Assembly (NCBI GenBank): GCA_016235455.1
Contig: JACRKZ010000086.1
Span: 1 to 39,958, forward strand
DNA from: Armatimonadota bacterium
GTDB taxonomy: Bacteria; Armatimonadota; UBA10988
Length of the DNA stretch: 39,958 bases
Direction of reading: 5' to 3'
Made by a program: the position numbers and the translations under genes. The notes under the pieces were generated by a model. It saw nothing but the letters and a program-made list of their open reading frames with translations. It was not told where the DNA came from and searched no databases. Of this stretch, positions 26,972-35,836 are shown in pieces (the first letter of the stretch is position 1; every line of letters starts with the position of its first letter).

Positions 26972-29191
26972 GTGTCGATGTGGTTGGCCTGGTTGATGTT
27001 GGCGCTGAGCGCGCGGCCCGGCTTCGTGCCCGTCGTGGGCCGGGCAGAGGGTTTGTCGGTGGTCATCGTCAAGACCGCTGGCCAGCCCGAGGAGCGTCAT
27101 GGCGACCTCCTGCCCATGACCGCGCGGCGCACCGACCAGGCCGGTGAGTTGGAGCTGCGTCACAGCGCCGCGCTGGCACCCATCACCCGCGCCGGCTTCC
27201 TCAACGTGACCCAATGGCTCCGCGGGCCTGGCACGGCACTGATACCCGACCTGAGCGCCGCACTGGGTCGCTGCGGCGTGGTGGTCATGCCCGATACCGA
27301 GCCCGCACCCATGGACGGCAGCAGCGCCAGCGTAGCCATGACCGTGGCCGCGACGTCGGCCCTGCTGGACCTGCCGGTCCTGCAGAATGTGGCCTTCACC
27401 GGCGCGGTCGCGCCGGACGGCTCGGTGACCGTCGTGGGTGGCGTGCCCGACAAGCTGCGCGGCGCGCTGCGCGGTCGGCTGGACACCCTGGTGGCCCCGC
27501 GGCCCAACGCCGAGCAGGCGCTGGCCACGCTGAGCATCGAGGACCTGGGCCGGATCCGCATTGTCGCGGTCAACCACCTGCGCGAGGCGCTGCCCGAAGG
27601 GTTTGGGCCGGTCGGGCCGTGGGGCAAGGGTTGGCAGGAGGCCCAGGACGAGTTGGCCCACGGCATCGCCCATCTGGCCGAGGACCACGTCGCCGACGCC
27701 GCCGCGGCGCTGAACGCCTATCGCGCGTTGGCCCCGCGCGACCTGACCGCGGCGCTGTGGCTCGACGCCGCCGCGGGCCGGCACATCGCCGCGCCGGTGC
27801 GCGCCGCCGCCCTGCGCTTCGCCTGTCGTTACGACGACGCCATCGCCGTCTGCCGCGAGCCCCAGGTCACCCTGGCGGCCAGCGCCGCGCTGGCCGCCAT
27901 CGCCGACCAGTGCCGACGCGATCGGGCGGCCGACCAGCGCGACCTGCTGCTGGCCGAGAGCCACGCCGCGCTGGCCGCGGGCGACCTGGCCAAGGCGCGG
28001 GCCCGGCTCGACGAAGCGGCCAAGACGCTCGCCCTGGAGCCGGGCGGCGCCGACGCCGTGGCCTGGCAGACCGCCGAGCTGCGGCTGGCCGAGAGCCGCA
28101 TGGCGGTCAAGGCCCGGCCCGAAGATGTGGCCGCCTGGCGAGAGCTGGCCGCACAGGCCCAGACCCGCCGGCAATGGCGCGAGGCCGCCGAAGCCTGGCG
28201 ACGCGTGGGCGAACTGGCCGACGCCGAGCGCCGGGCTGCCTACCGGCAGGCGCTCTGCTGGTTCCGCGTGGGCGAGTGGGATCAGGCCCGCCTGGTTCTC
28301 CTGGGCAACCTGCTCAACTGGCCGGCGGACACCGCGGGCCGCGACCTGCTGACCGCCATGGGCACCGACGTCGACGCGCCGCGGCCGGTGGCCATCGTGC
28401 CGGCCAGGCCGGCCGGCACCGTGATGCTGCAGGGCGGTTGCGACGAGGCCGGCGTGACCACCTGGCTGACCCTCGACGAGCGCGATCTGACCCGCGGCCA
28501 GGGCCGGCTCGCCGCGAGCTGGGACACCACCGCTTCGGCCAGTGGGCCGCACCTGCTCAGCGCGGTCGCCTGCGACCGTGCCGGCAACTGGGGCCTGGCC
28601 CAGCGCGTGGTCGAGGTGAGCAACGGTGCCACGCGGCCGACCGTGTTCATCGAAGCAGCGCCCCGCGCTGCGCCGCCCATGGCCGTGCATGTGCTCATCG
28701 GCGGTGAGGTCCGGCTGCGCCATGGCGACACGCTGGTGCTGCATCCGGACCGCCTCGTGGCACCGCTGCTCAAGCGCGCCCAACGACCGGCGGGCGACCT
28801 GCGCGTGGCCGCGACCTGGGGCGAACAGCGCGCCCTGCTGGCCAGCGGGCCGGTGCGGCTGGAGCCGGCAGACACCGCGCGCGAGGTCGGCCTGCACGGC
28901 CAGTTCGCCAATGGCACGGCGCTGGCGCCCGTCAGCCTGCGACTGCGCTGGACCGAGGAGTTGCCCGGCCAGCTTGTGTCCCATCCCGAGGCCACGCGCG
29001 TGCGGCTCGAGGTGCGTCCGCCACGCGGCTTCCGGCCCGTGCTCGCGGCGCTGGTGGTGGATGGCGTGCCCGGCCCCTGGCAGCTGCCCAGCGCGCTGAG
29101 CGTGCCCCGCGGCGCCCGCGAGGTGTCGGCCGTGTTGCTCGATGCCGACCAGGTCGCCTGCCAGACCACGACGTTGGACGTGGCGACGTAA
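26972..29191 (+). CDS. Secreted protein with Lon-type (S16) protease domain, TPR-like helices and Ig-like domains
   Basis: Signal-like N-terminus; DGSSASVA (catalytic Ser), AFTGAV..DG.V..VGGVPDK (catalytic Lys); WDT.....GPH.L.AVA.D.AGN Ig-like motif; no AAA+ motifs. Confidence 0.78.
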   Translation: MSMWLAWLMLALSARPGFVPVVGRAEGLSVVIVKTAGQPEERHGDLLPMTARRTDQAGELELRHSAALAPITRAGFLNVTQWLRGPGTALIPDLSAALGRCGVVVMPDTEPAPMDGSSASVAMTVAATSALLDLPVLQNVAFTGAVAPDGSVTVVGGVPDKLRGALRGRLDTLVAPRPNAEQALATLSIEDLGRIRIVAVNHLREALPEGFGPVGPWGKGWQEAQDELAHGIAHLAEDHVADAAAALNAYRALAPRDLTAALWLDAAAGRHIAAPVRAAALRFACRYDDAIAVCREPQVTLAASAALAAIADQCRRDRAADQRDLLLAESHAALAAGDLAKARARLDEAAKTLALEPGGADAVAWQTAELRLAESRMAVKARPEDVAAWRELAAQAQTRRQWREAAEAWRRVGELADAERRAAYRQALCWFRVGEWDQARLVLLGNLLNWPADTAGRDLLTAMGTDVDAPRPVAIVPARPAGTVMLQGGCDEAGVTTWLTLDERDLTRGQGRLAASWDTTASASGPHLLSAVACDRAGNWGLAQRVVEVSNGATRPTVFIEAAPRAAPPMAVHVLIGGEVRLRHGDTLVLHPDRLVAPLLKRAQRPAGDLRVAATWGEQRALLASGPVRLEPADTAREVGLHGQFANGTALAPVSLRLRWTEELPGQLVSHPEATRVRLEVRPPRGFRPVLAALVVDGVPGPWQLPSALSVPRGAREVSAVLLDADQVACQTTTLDVAT

Positions 29192-29247
29192 GGCGCAGGA
29201 CGCGATCACCTTCGTGCCCGGTCGCCCACCCCGACGCCCGACGCCCA

Positions 29248-32200
29248 CTACGCGCCCGGCAGGTCGAAGCCACGGGTCTCACCCTCGCCGCCCACGTCGT
29301 TGGGGTAGTTCTGCAGCGTGAACCACAGCCGGCTCGGCTTGGCGCCGTGGGGCAGCTCGAAGACCAGCGCGAAGTCGACCGACGCGCCGGCCTCGACCGG
29401 CACGGCCGCGTAGCTCTGCTGCTTGCCGCCGGCTTGCGCGGCATCGATGTCACGCAACTGCGCTTTCTCGCCGCCAGCGCACTCCAGCCGCGTCTCGCCG
29501 GGCAGCCGCTCATTGAGGATCGGCACCTGCGCCTTGGCGCCCGTGTTGGTCAGGCGGCAGCGGACCACCGCGAAGCCGGCCCGCTCGCCGCGCGGGGCCA
29601 GCGTGAGCCGCTCCTGGCAGTAGCGCTCGGCATAGCCCGGCTCGAAGCTGACGCCCAGCACGACGAGCGCCCAACTCCGCGCCGGCGCCGCGGGCGGCTT
29701 GGGTGCGGCTGCCTGGCCGGCCAGCGCGCGGCGCACGGTCTCGGCCTGCTCCGCCAACAGCTGGACATGGTCCTGACCCAGCGGGGTCACGGCGCGGAGC
29801 CGCGTCAGGGCGTCCGGCAAGGTAGAGAGGAAGGCCTGCTTGGTGGCGATGGGCAGCGGCGCCGCATCGACCTGGTCAGCCATGGACAGCAGCCGGCGCC
29901 GGATCCCGTCGGCCTCGGCGCTCAGCCGGGTCAGCTCATAGTCGATGGCCATGACGCGTCGGCCCAACGGCTCCAGCCGCTGCCGCAACCGCTCCGAGGC
30001 CGGCCCGAAGGCGACCTCGCCCTTGGCCGCCCGCGCCAGGAATGCCGACTCCGGCCGCGCCAGCAGAATGCCGTACTGCAACGTGGCGCCCGGCAGCGCC
30101 CGCTTGCTCGGCGGCCCTGGGCGGACCTCCTTGGCCCGGCCAACGGAGCGCTCGGGGTTCAGCAACCACTCGATCTCCTGGCCGGCCTCCGCGCTGTCAC
30201 GCTGCAACTGGGCGATGCGGCGCTGCAGGCGCGACGCCTCGCCCGACAGCGGTCGCGCATCGAGCGCCGCCAGGCCCGTCGCCGGGCGCAGCGCCAGCGC
30301 GGGCGCCGGGCGCGCGCCGGTCGCGCGCGGCTCGGCGCCGAGCACACGCGTGAGGTGGTCCGCGGCGGCACTCGCCAACGGCGTGTCGGGCAGTCCGATG
30401 CGGTAGAGCACACGCAGTTCCGAGCCCTTGTCGTCCACCGGCACGGCCACCGTGTGCTCACCCAGACCGTAGCATTCGGCGGCGGTGAAGGTCACTGTCA
30501 CCGGCGCCGGCACGGGCGGCAGCGGGGGTACCGGCACGGGCGCCTTGACCGGCTTGGCCGGCTTGCCGGTGGGCCTGGCCGGCGGCGGCGGCGCCGGGAC
30601 CAGCCGTTGCCACTCGAGCCTGACCACCTCTGGAACAGGCCGCAGCTCGGCCAGCCGCCCGGTGGACGGATCGCGTCGAGTCTCCGCCGCCGGTGCCGAC
30701 CAGCCGCCCGTCGCGTGCAACTCGGTGGCCGGCCGACCGGCGAAGCCCGCGCGCAGCCGCACGCCGGTCAACGGCGCGGCGGTCCTGTTGCTCAGTTCCA
30801 CGCCCAACACATCGCACACCAGCCCGGCCAAAGGCGGTGTGGTTGCTGGCGGTTGCAGGTCGAGGCTGGCCTGCGTCGCCACCAGGCCATCGTCGAGCTG
30901 CGCTTCGATGTGCGGCGCAGGTGCGCCGGCCACATGCTGGTAGCGCCAGGTGGTCTCCACCACGTTGCCCAACGCCGGATCGGCCCGCCACCGCGAGCGC
31001 GGCACCTGCTCGATGAGCACAGCCTGCTTGTTGACCAGCAGCGAGAGCTGCATGTGGTCCAGGTCCACCGTGTCGGCGTCGAGCAGGCGCAAGCGCACCT
31101 CGCAAGCCGCGCCGGCCCAGTCGCCTGCCACCATCTGCACCGTGGGCTCGTTCTCGACCAGCGAACCGCGCAGCCCGTGGCAGAACAGCACGCGCTTGAT
31201 GTCGTACTCGGCACCAGGGCTGTTGGCCAGCCAGGCGGCAGCGACCGTGTCGCCGTTGGCCGCTCCGTCCACGAAGCTGCTTGGCGACAGGTTGGCCACG
31301 ATGCCCCACAGCAGCTCAAGCCGCGGGTCATCCAGGGCGTCGCGGTACGTCCGCGGCGCGGGTGCCAGGGCCGGCGGCAGGGCCCGTGGCCGGTCGAGAC
31401 CGCGATGGGTCAGGTGCCACAGCGCCCCATCGAGCTCGGCGGCCACCGCGTTGCGGTTGTCGGTCAGCGGGTTGCCCCGGGGCCGCGCGGGATCGTCGAG
31501 CCGGCCGATGGGCCAGGTGGTCCGGCCGTAACGCAGATGGAAGGTGTACTGAGCCAGGTACTCGGGCAGCGCTTCGCTCCAGGCGCGCTGAGGCGTGTCA
31601 CACGGGGTGGTCAAGCCGGGAGCCGGGCCGTTGCCCCAGGGGATGCGCCAAGTCGTGTAGGCATCGCGCAGCAGGCCACGGCTGACCTCGCGACGACAGA
31701 CCGCCGACGCCTGCTCATAGTTGGCAAATGTCTCCGCCAGCGGCAGGTAGACCGCATCCCACGCGCGCGAGTAGCCGCCGGTGGCGGGGTCGAAGGGGAA
31801 GAGCACCTGCTTCTCCTCCCAGGCGTCGTTGGTGATGACCGTGTGCAGCCGCAGTTGCCGCCGCTGGTCGTCCATCTCGCTGACGATGAAGAAGGCTTTC
31901 TCCCCTAGCTCAGGCGGCACTGCGTCGTCGCCGCCGCAGGCATAGCGCTGGACATTGGCCCCGGCGCCGCCGATCTTGATGGTGCTGGTGACGGCCTGGT
32001 TCGACGCCGCAACGCCCGCGGGCATCAGCGCCTGGTACCCGCTGACCTGCGGCAGCGTGTTCAGCACCGCGACGAAGCCGGGCACCTCGGCGTAGACGAT
32101 GACCTGATAGCCGTAGCCGGCGGTGAACCAGGGATTGCCACGGCTCACCTGCCAACGGCCGTCGGCGGCGGTGGTGGTCTCGGGATCGAGCGTGTCCCAG

Positions 32201-32355
32201 TCGTCGGTCTCCCACAGCACGACCCGCACGCGCGTGCTGACCATCGCTTCGTAGCGACCGGAGACCGGGTTCCACAGCTCGACCTTGCCGCTGAAGGTGA
32301 CCTCGGCCATGGCGGCCGGCGCAAGCAGCAGGAGCAGGGCGAGCCAACGGCGCAA
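29248..32355 (-). CDS. Large secreted multidomain protein (zincin-like N-domain lacking HExxH, Pro-rich linker, coiled coil, DUF4352-like C-domain)
   Basis: TTG32355 with GGAGG RBS and signal peptide; RREVSRGL...AWSEALPEY at the HExxH...E position; C-terminal VRCRLTNTG...V.AGAS....LVFELP. Confidence 0.6.
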   Translation of the reverse strand: MRRWLALLLLLAPAAMAEVTFSGKVELWNPVSGRYEAMVSTRVRVVLWETDDWDTLDPETTTAADGRWQVSRGNPWFTAGYGYQVIVYAEVPGFVAVLNTLPQVSGYQALMPAGVAASNQAVTSTIKIGGAGANVQRYACGGDDAVPPELGEKAFFIVSEMDDQRRQLRLHTVITNDAWEEKQVLFPFDPATGGYSRAWDAVYLPLAETFANYEQASAVCRREVSRGLLRDAYTTWRIPWGNGPAPGLTTPCDTPQRAWSEALPEYLAQYTFHLRYGRTTWPIGRLDDPARPRGNPLTDNRNAVAAELDGALWHLTHRGLDRPRALPPALAPAPRTYRDALDDPRLELLWGIVANLSPSSFVDGAANGDTVAAAWLANSPGAEYDIKRVLFCHGLRGSLVENEPTVQMVAGDWAGAACEVRLRLLDADTVDLDHMQLSLLVNKQAVLIEQVPRSRWRADPALGNVVETTWRYQHVAGAPAPHIEAQLDDGLVATQASLDLQPPATTPPLAGLVCDVLGVELSNRTAAPLTGVRLRAGFAGRPATELHATGGWSAPAAETRRDPSTGRLAELRPVPEVVRLEWQRLVPAPPPPARPTGKPAKPVKAPVPVPPLPPVPAPVTVTFTAAECYGLGEHTVAVPVDDKGSELRVLYRIGLPDTPLASAAADHLTRVLGAEPRATGARPAPALALRPATGLAALDARPLSGEASRLQRRIAQLQRDSAEAGQEIEWLLNPERSVGRAKEVRPGPPSKRALPGATLQYGILLARPESAFLARAAKGEVAFGPASERLRQRLEPLGRRVMAIDYELTRLSAEADGIRRRLLSMADQVDAAPLPIATKQAFLSTLPDALTRLRAVTPLGQDHVQLLAEQAETVRRALAGQAAAPKPPAAPARSWALVVLGVSFEPGYAERYCQERLTLAPRGERAGFAVVRCRLTNTGAKAQVPILNERLPGETRLECAGGEKAQLRDIDAAQAGGKQQSYAAVPVEAGASVDFALVFELPHGAKPSRLWFTLQNYPNDVGGEGETRGFDLPGA

Positions 32356-32402
32356 GGCGATCCTCCGGGACGGATAGCCATCGTGATTCCTCGCGCGCGC
32401 GG

Positions 32403-33230
32403 CTATCCCTTCGCGGCCGGTGCCAGCCACACGCAGACATCGCGCCACTGCTTGGCCCACGACGCGTGCGGCACAACGCGTCGGTCCCCGCTGAGCGGAT
32501 CAGCCACGTGCACGCCGTCGCTGGCAATACGCTCGACCAGCACCGAGTGACCAACGCCGCTGGCCAGCTCGATGCTGGCCACGAACGGCCGCGCCAGCGC
32601 TTGCGCGGCGGCCTGGTCGAGCTTGGCTACGTGCACCGTGAGCCCTCGCGGCGCGGCATAGCGGCGCAGCACGCGGGCCAGCGCAACGGCATCGGTGCCC
32701 ATCATGGGGCTGGTGCCCGCGGCCTCGGCCAGCTCACCTTCGCTGGCGTCGATGCCCCAACGCGCCAGCAGCATGGCCGACGACGACGGCGCGCAGGTCC
32801 AGCCGGTGGACTGGGTCAGCAGCCCGGCGCGCGGATGGTTGTTGTGGCTCTCGGCATGGAAGTGCCAGTACAGAGCGCACGGCCCGTTCATGACCAGCAG
32901 CGCCACCAGCGACAGCCCGCCGAGCACCGGCGCCATGAGCGTCGACCGTCGCTCGGGCAGGCCGGCGATGAGCCCTACCAGCAGCAGACCGGCCCAGCAG
33001 GCCAGCGTCGGCTCACCGCCCAGCGGGCCGAACCAGGCGCCGCTGACCAGCCGCCACTCGGGCCAGGTCAGCGACGCTGCAAAGCTGGCCACGGCCACGC
33101 CGCCGGCCGACACCGCGACCAGCAGCGCGCCCAGCCGCGGCCCGGCTCGCCGGCTCAGCCGCGCACCGAGCGCCACCGACAGCCCACCCAGCACGATCGG
33201 CCAGACCGTGCGCCACAGCGCCCACAGCAT
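32403..33230 (-). CDS. Membrane-anchored C39-like cysteine peptidase (copy 3)
   Basis: About four TM helices, then QSTGWTCAPSS, SEGELA..AGT...GT, GHSVLV, VADP. Confidence 0.82.
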   Translation of the reverse strand: MLWALWRTVWPIVLGGLSVALGARLSRRAGPRLGALLVAVSAGGVAVASFAASLTWPEWRLVSGAWFGPLGGEPTLACWAGLLLVGLIAGLPERRSTLMAPVLGGLSLVALLVMNGPCALYWHFHAESHNNHPRAGLLTQSTGWTCAPSSSAMLLARWGIDASEGELAEAAGTSPMMGTDAVALARVLRRYAAPRGLTVHVAKLDQAAAQALARPFVASIELASGVGHSVLVERIASDGVHVADPLSGDRRVVPHASWAKQWRDVCVWLAPAAKG

Positions 33231-33231
33231 C

Positions 33232-34020
33232 TCAGCGCTCCTCCAGCCAGACGCATGTGTTCTGCCACATGGCCCGCCACAGTGCTCGCGAAAACGTATA
33301 GCGCCGGCCCGGCAGCGGGTCGGCCACCACCACCCGACCGGGCTCCATGCGCTCGACCAGGACGCAGTGCCGCAGCTTCGGCGACATCGCCACCACGGTG
33401 AGGAACGGCCGGTCCAGCCGTTCAGCCTGCCGCGCGGAAAGCATCGCGCCGCGTGCCGTCAGACCGCGGCGCCGCGCCGGGCCCGCTAGCACGTCGACCA
33501 TGCCGGCGGTGTTCGTGCCCAACGTGGGCATGGTGCCGGCAGCTTCGGCCAGCGCGCCCTCGCTCACCCGCAGGCCCGAGCGCGCCAGCAACATGGCGCC
33601 CGCCGAGGGCACGCAGGTCCAGTGGGTGCTCTGCCGGATCAGTCCGGCGGCGTTGACAAAGTTGTCCCGACTGGCCGAGTGGCTGTGCCAGTAAGCGGCG
33701 CACAAGCCCTGCGAGGCGACCGCCAGGTAGACGGCCATCGAGGTGGCCAGCAGCATGCGCCACCGGCGCGAGGTCACCCACCCACCCAGCAGCGTATGCC
33801 ACACCAGCCGGCCATGAGCAACGGACCGCCGGCCCACCGCCAGTAGGGCCAGAGCCGGAAGCACCAGCGGTCGTCGCTGCCCGCGGCCGCCAGGCTGAGC
33901 ACCGCCAGCAGACCCAGCACCAGCGCCGCCGGAGCCAGCGGCCTGGGCCGGCGCGGGCGACCGGCGGCCACCAGGAGCACCAGGCCCACCAGCACGGGCC
34001 AGATGGTTCGCCAGACGATG
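33232..34020 (-). pseudogene. Membrane-anchored C39-like peptidase (copy 2), frameshifted near 33795, start unresolved
   Basis: IVWRTIWPVLVG... (frame of ORF 33774..34076) matches LWRTVWPIVLG of copy 3, while QSTHWTCVPS, HCVLV, VADP lie in the frame of ORF 33232..33864. Confidence 0.7.
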
Positions 34021-34029
34021 CCGGCCTTC

Positions 34030-34845
34030 TCAGCACGCCTCCAGCCAGACGCACACATCGAACCAGCGCCGCGCAAAGTCGGCTCGGCTCCAGCGGTTGA
34101 CGAATCCGCCGGCGGGATCGACGAACGTCACGCCTTCGCCGTCGATGTGGGTGACGAACAGCGCGTGCAGCCCCTTGTTCGGGTCGTTGACCGTGGCCAC
34201 GAACGGCCGGCCCAGGCGCTCGGCGCGAGCCAGGTCGAGCGTGCCCATCACCCCGCGCAGCCCGGCGCGCGCGCCGGAATGGCACAGCGCCTGCCGCAGA
34301 CCCTCCGAGTCGGTGCCACCCACCGGACAGGTCGATGCCCAATGCGCCACCTGGCCCTCGCTGGCCAGCACGCCGTCGCGCGCCAGCAGCATGGCGCCCG
34401 CGGCGGCCATGCAGGTGACCGGCGTGGCCTGCGAGACGAGCCCCTCAGCGTCGGGCCAGTTGCAGGCAGGACGCGGTAGGTACAGCCAGATCACCGCCGG
34501 TATGGCCACCACGCCATGCACGACCAGCACGAAGGCCGTGGCCAGGCTCAGCGTGTCGCGGCTGATATGGCGCTTGGGCTCTGACCAGGCCACGCCGATG
34601 AGCAGGAGTGCGCCGCAGCACAGCAGCATGGCGTGCCCGCCCAGCGCCAACATCACCGGCCCGGCCAGCCGATGCCAGCTTCCGACGAACAGGTACACCG
34701 TCTGGCTGACCATGGCGCCGAAGACCAGCGTCAGGCCCAGCCGCACCGCCACTCGGCGACGGTTCGGCGCCCCCGCCGACCAGCCATACGCCAATGCCCC
34801 CCAACCCAGACCCAGCAGCAGCGCGAACCGCAGCCATGCACCCAT
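34030..34845 (-). CDS. Membrane-anchored C39-like cysteine peptidase (copy 1)
   Basis: Four TM helices, then QATPVTCMAAA, SEG.VA, GGT, LHALFV, FVDP; ATG34845. Confidence 0.8.
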   Translation of the reverse strand: MGAWLRFALLLGLGWGALAYGWSAGAPNRRRVAVRLGLTLVFGAMVSQTVYLFVGSWHRLAGPVMLALGGHAMLLCCGALLLIGVAWSEPKRHISRDTLSLATAFVLVVHGVVAIPAVIWLYLPRPACNWPDAEGLVSQATPVTCMAAAGAMLLARDGVLASEGQVAHWASTCPVGGTDSEGLRQALCHSGARAGLRGVMGTLDLARAERLGRPFVATVNDPNKGLHALFVTHIDGEGVTFVDPAGGFVNRWSRADFARRWFDVCVWLEAC

Positions 34846-34994
34846 GCCCCACCGCCTTTCGCTGCACGGGTGGTACCCCACGCCAGCGGGCGCGCAAACG
34901 GGCCCGCCGCCATGGATACGCAACAACTGTCGTGTTGACAACGGCTCGGTCGCATGGCACACCCAGGCATATCGGTCGTTCAGGGAGGACGCGC

Positions 34995-35828
34995 ATGGTG
35001 GATGCCATTGTGCTGGCCGGCGGAACGATCCCGGATTCCGAGCAGGCCTTCCGCGACGCCACCGGCGTCGACTGCAAGAGCCTGGTGCCGCTCGCCGGCC
35101 GTATCATGGTGGGCCATGTCATCGCCGCGCTACGCACCTGCGACCGCGTCGGGCGGGTCGTGGTCATCGGCCACCCGCGGCTGGCCGGCCACCCCGACTG
35201 CGCCGCGGCGGACATGGTCCTGCCCGAGGCCGGCGGCCGCAGCGAGAACCTCTATCAGGCCATCGACGCCCTGCCCGACGCGCGGCAGGTGCTCATGGTC
35301 ACCTCGGACATCCCGCTGGCCACGGGCGCGCACTACGCCGATCTGCTCGACCACTTCGGCCCCGAGGTGGAACTGGGCTACACCATCGTCCGCGCCGAGG
35401 CCGCACTCGCCGCGTTCGGCGACCGGCCGCCACCACCGCCGGACGACCATGGCCGCGCCATGCCTAACTGGGTGACCGTGACCGTTCGCGACGGCCGCTT
35501 CACCGGCACGCCCTGCATGCTCTTCCAGCCTGACGCGCTACGCCGCTGCCAGAGCGTCATCAAGCGCATCTTCGACGATCGCGAGATGGGCAACGTGGTG
35601 GGCGCCCTGCGCGCGGTGTTCGGCACGCTGTTCCTGGCGCGCGTGGGCCTGGCGCTGCGCTGCCCCTGGCTCGGCGGCCTGGTCTCCGTGGCGGCCATCG
35701 AGCAGCGCATGACGCGCGGCCTGGGCATCTGCTGCCGGGCCTATGTCAGCCCGCATCCCGAGCTGGCGTTCGATGTGGACCATCTGAGCGACGTGCCGTT
35801 GGCGGAGAGAGTGTTGACGGCGCGGTAG
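34995..35828 (+). CDS. MobA-like / NTP_transf_3 nucleotidyltransferase-domain protein
   Basis: DAIVLAGG, K.LVPLAGR.MV..V, TSDIPL, DG.FTG, PELAFDVD...D; RBS GGGAGG. Confidence 0.85.
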   Translation: MVDAIVLAGGTIPDSEQAFRDATGVDCKSLVPLAGRIMVGHVIAALRTCDRVGRVVVIGHPRLAGHPDCAAADMVLPEAGGRSENLYQAIDALPDARQVLMVTSDIPLATGAHYADLLDHFGPEVELGYTIVRAEAALAAFGDRPPPPPDDHGRAMPNWVTVTVRDGRFTGTPCMLFQPDALRRCQSVIKRIFDDREMGNVVGALRAVFGTLFLARVGLALRCPWLGGLVSVAAIEQRMTRGLGICCRAYVSPHPELAFDVDHLSDVPLAERVLTAR

Positions 35829-35836
35829 CGGCGGCA

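Noticed and set aside
34935-34963. Perfect TTGACA upstream of the nucleotidyltransferase gene
   Set aside because: The hexamer at 17-nt spacing (CACACC) is a poor -10, so a promoter call is not supported.
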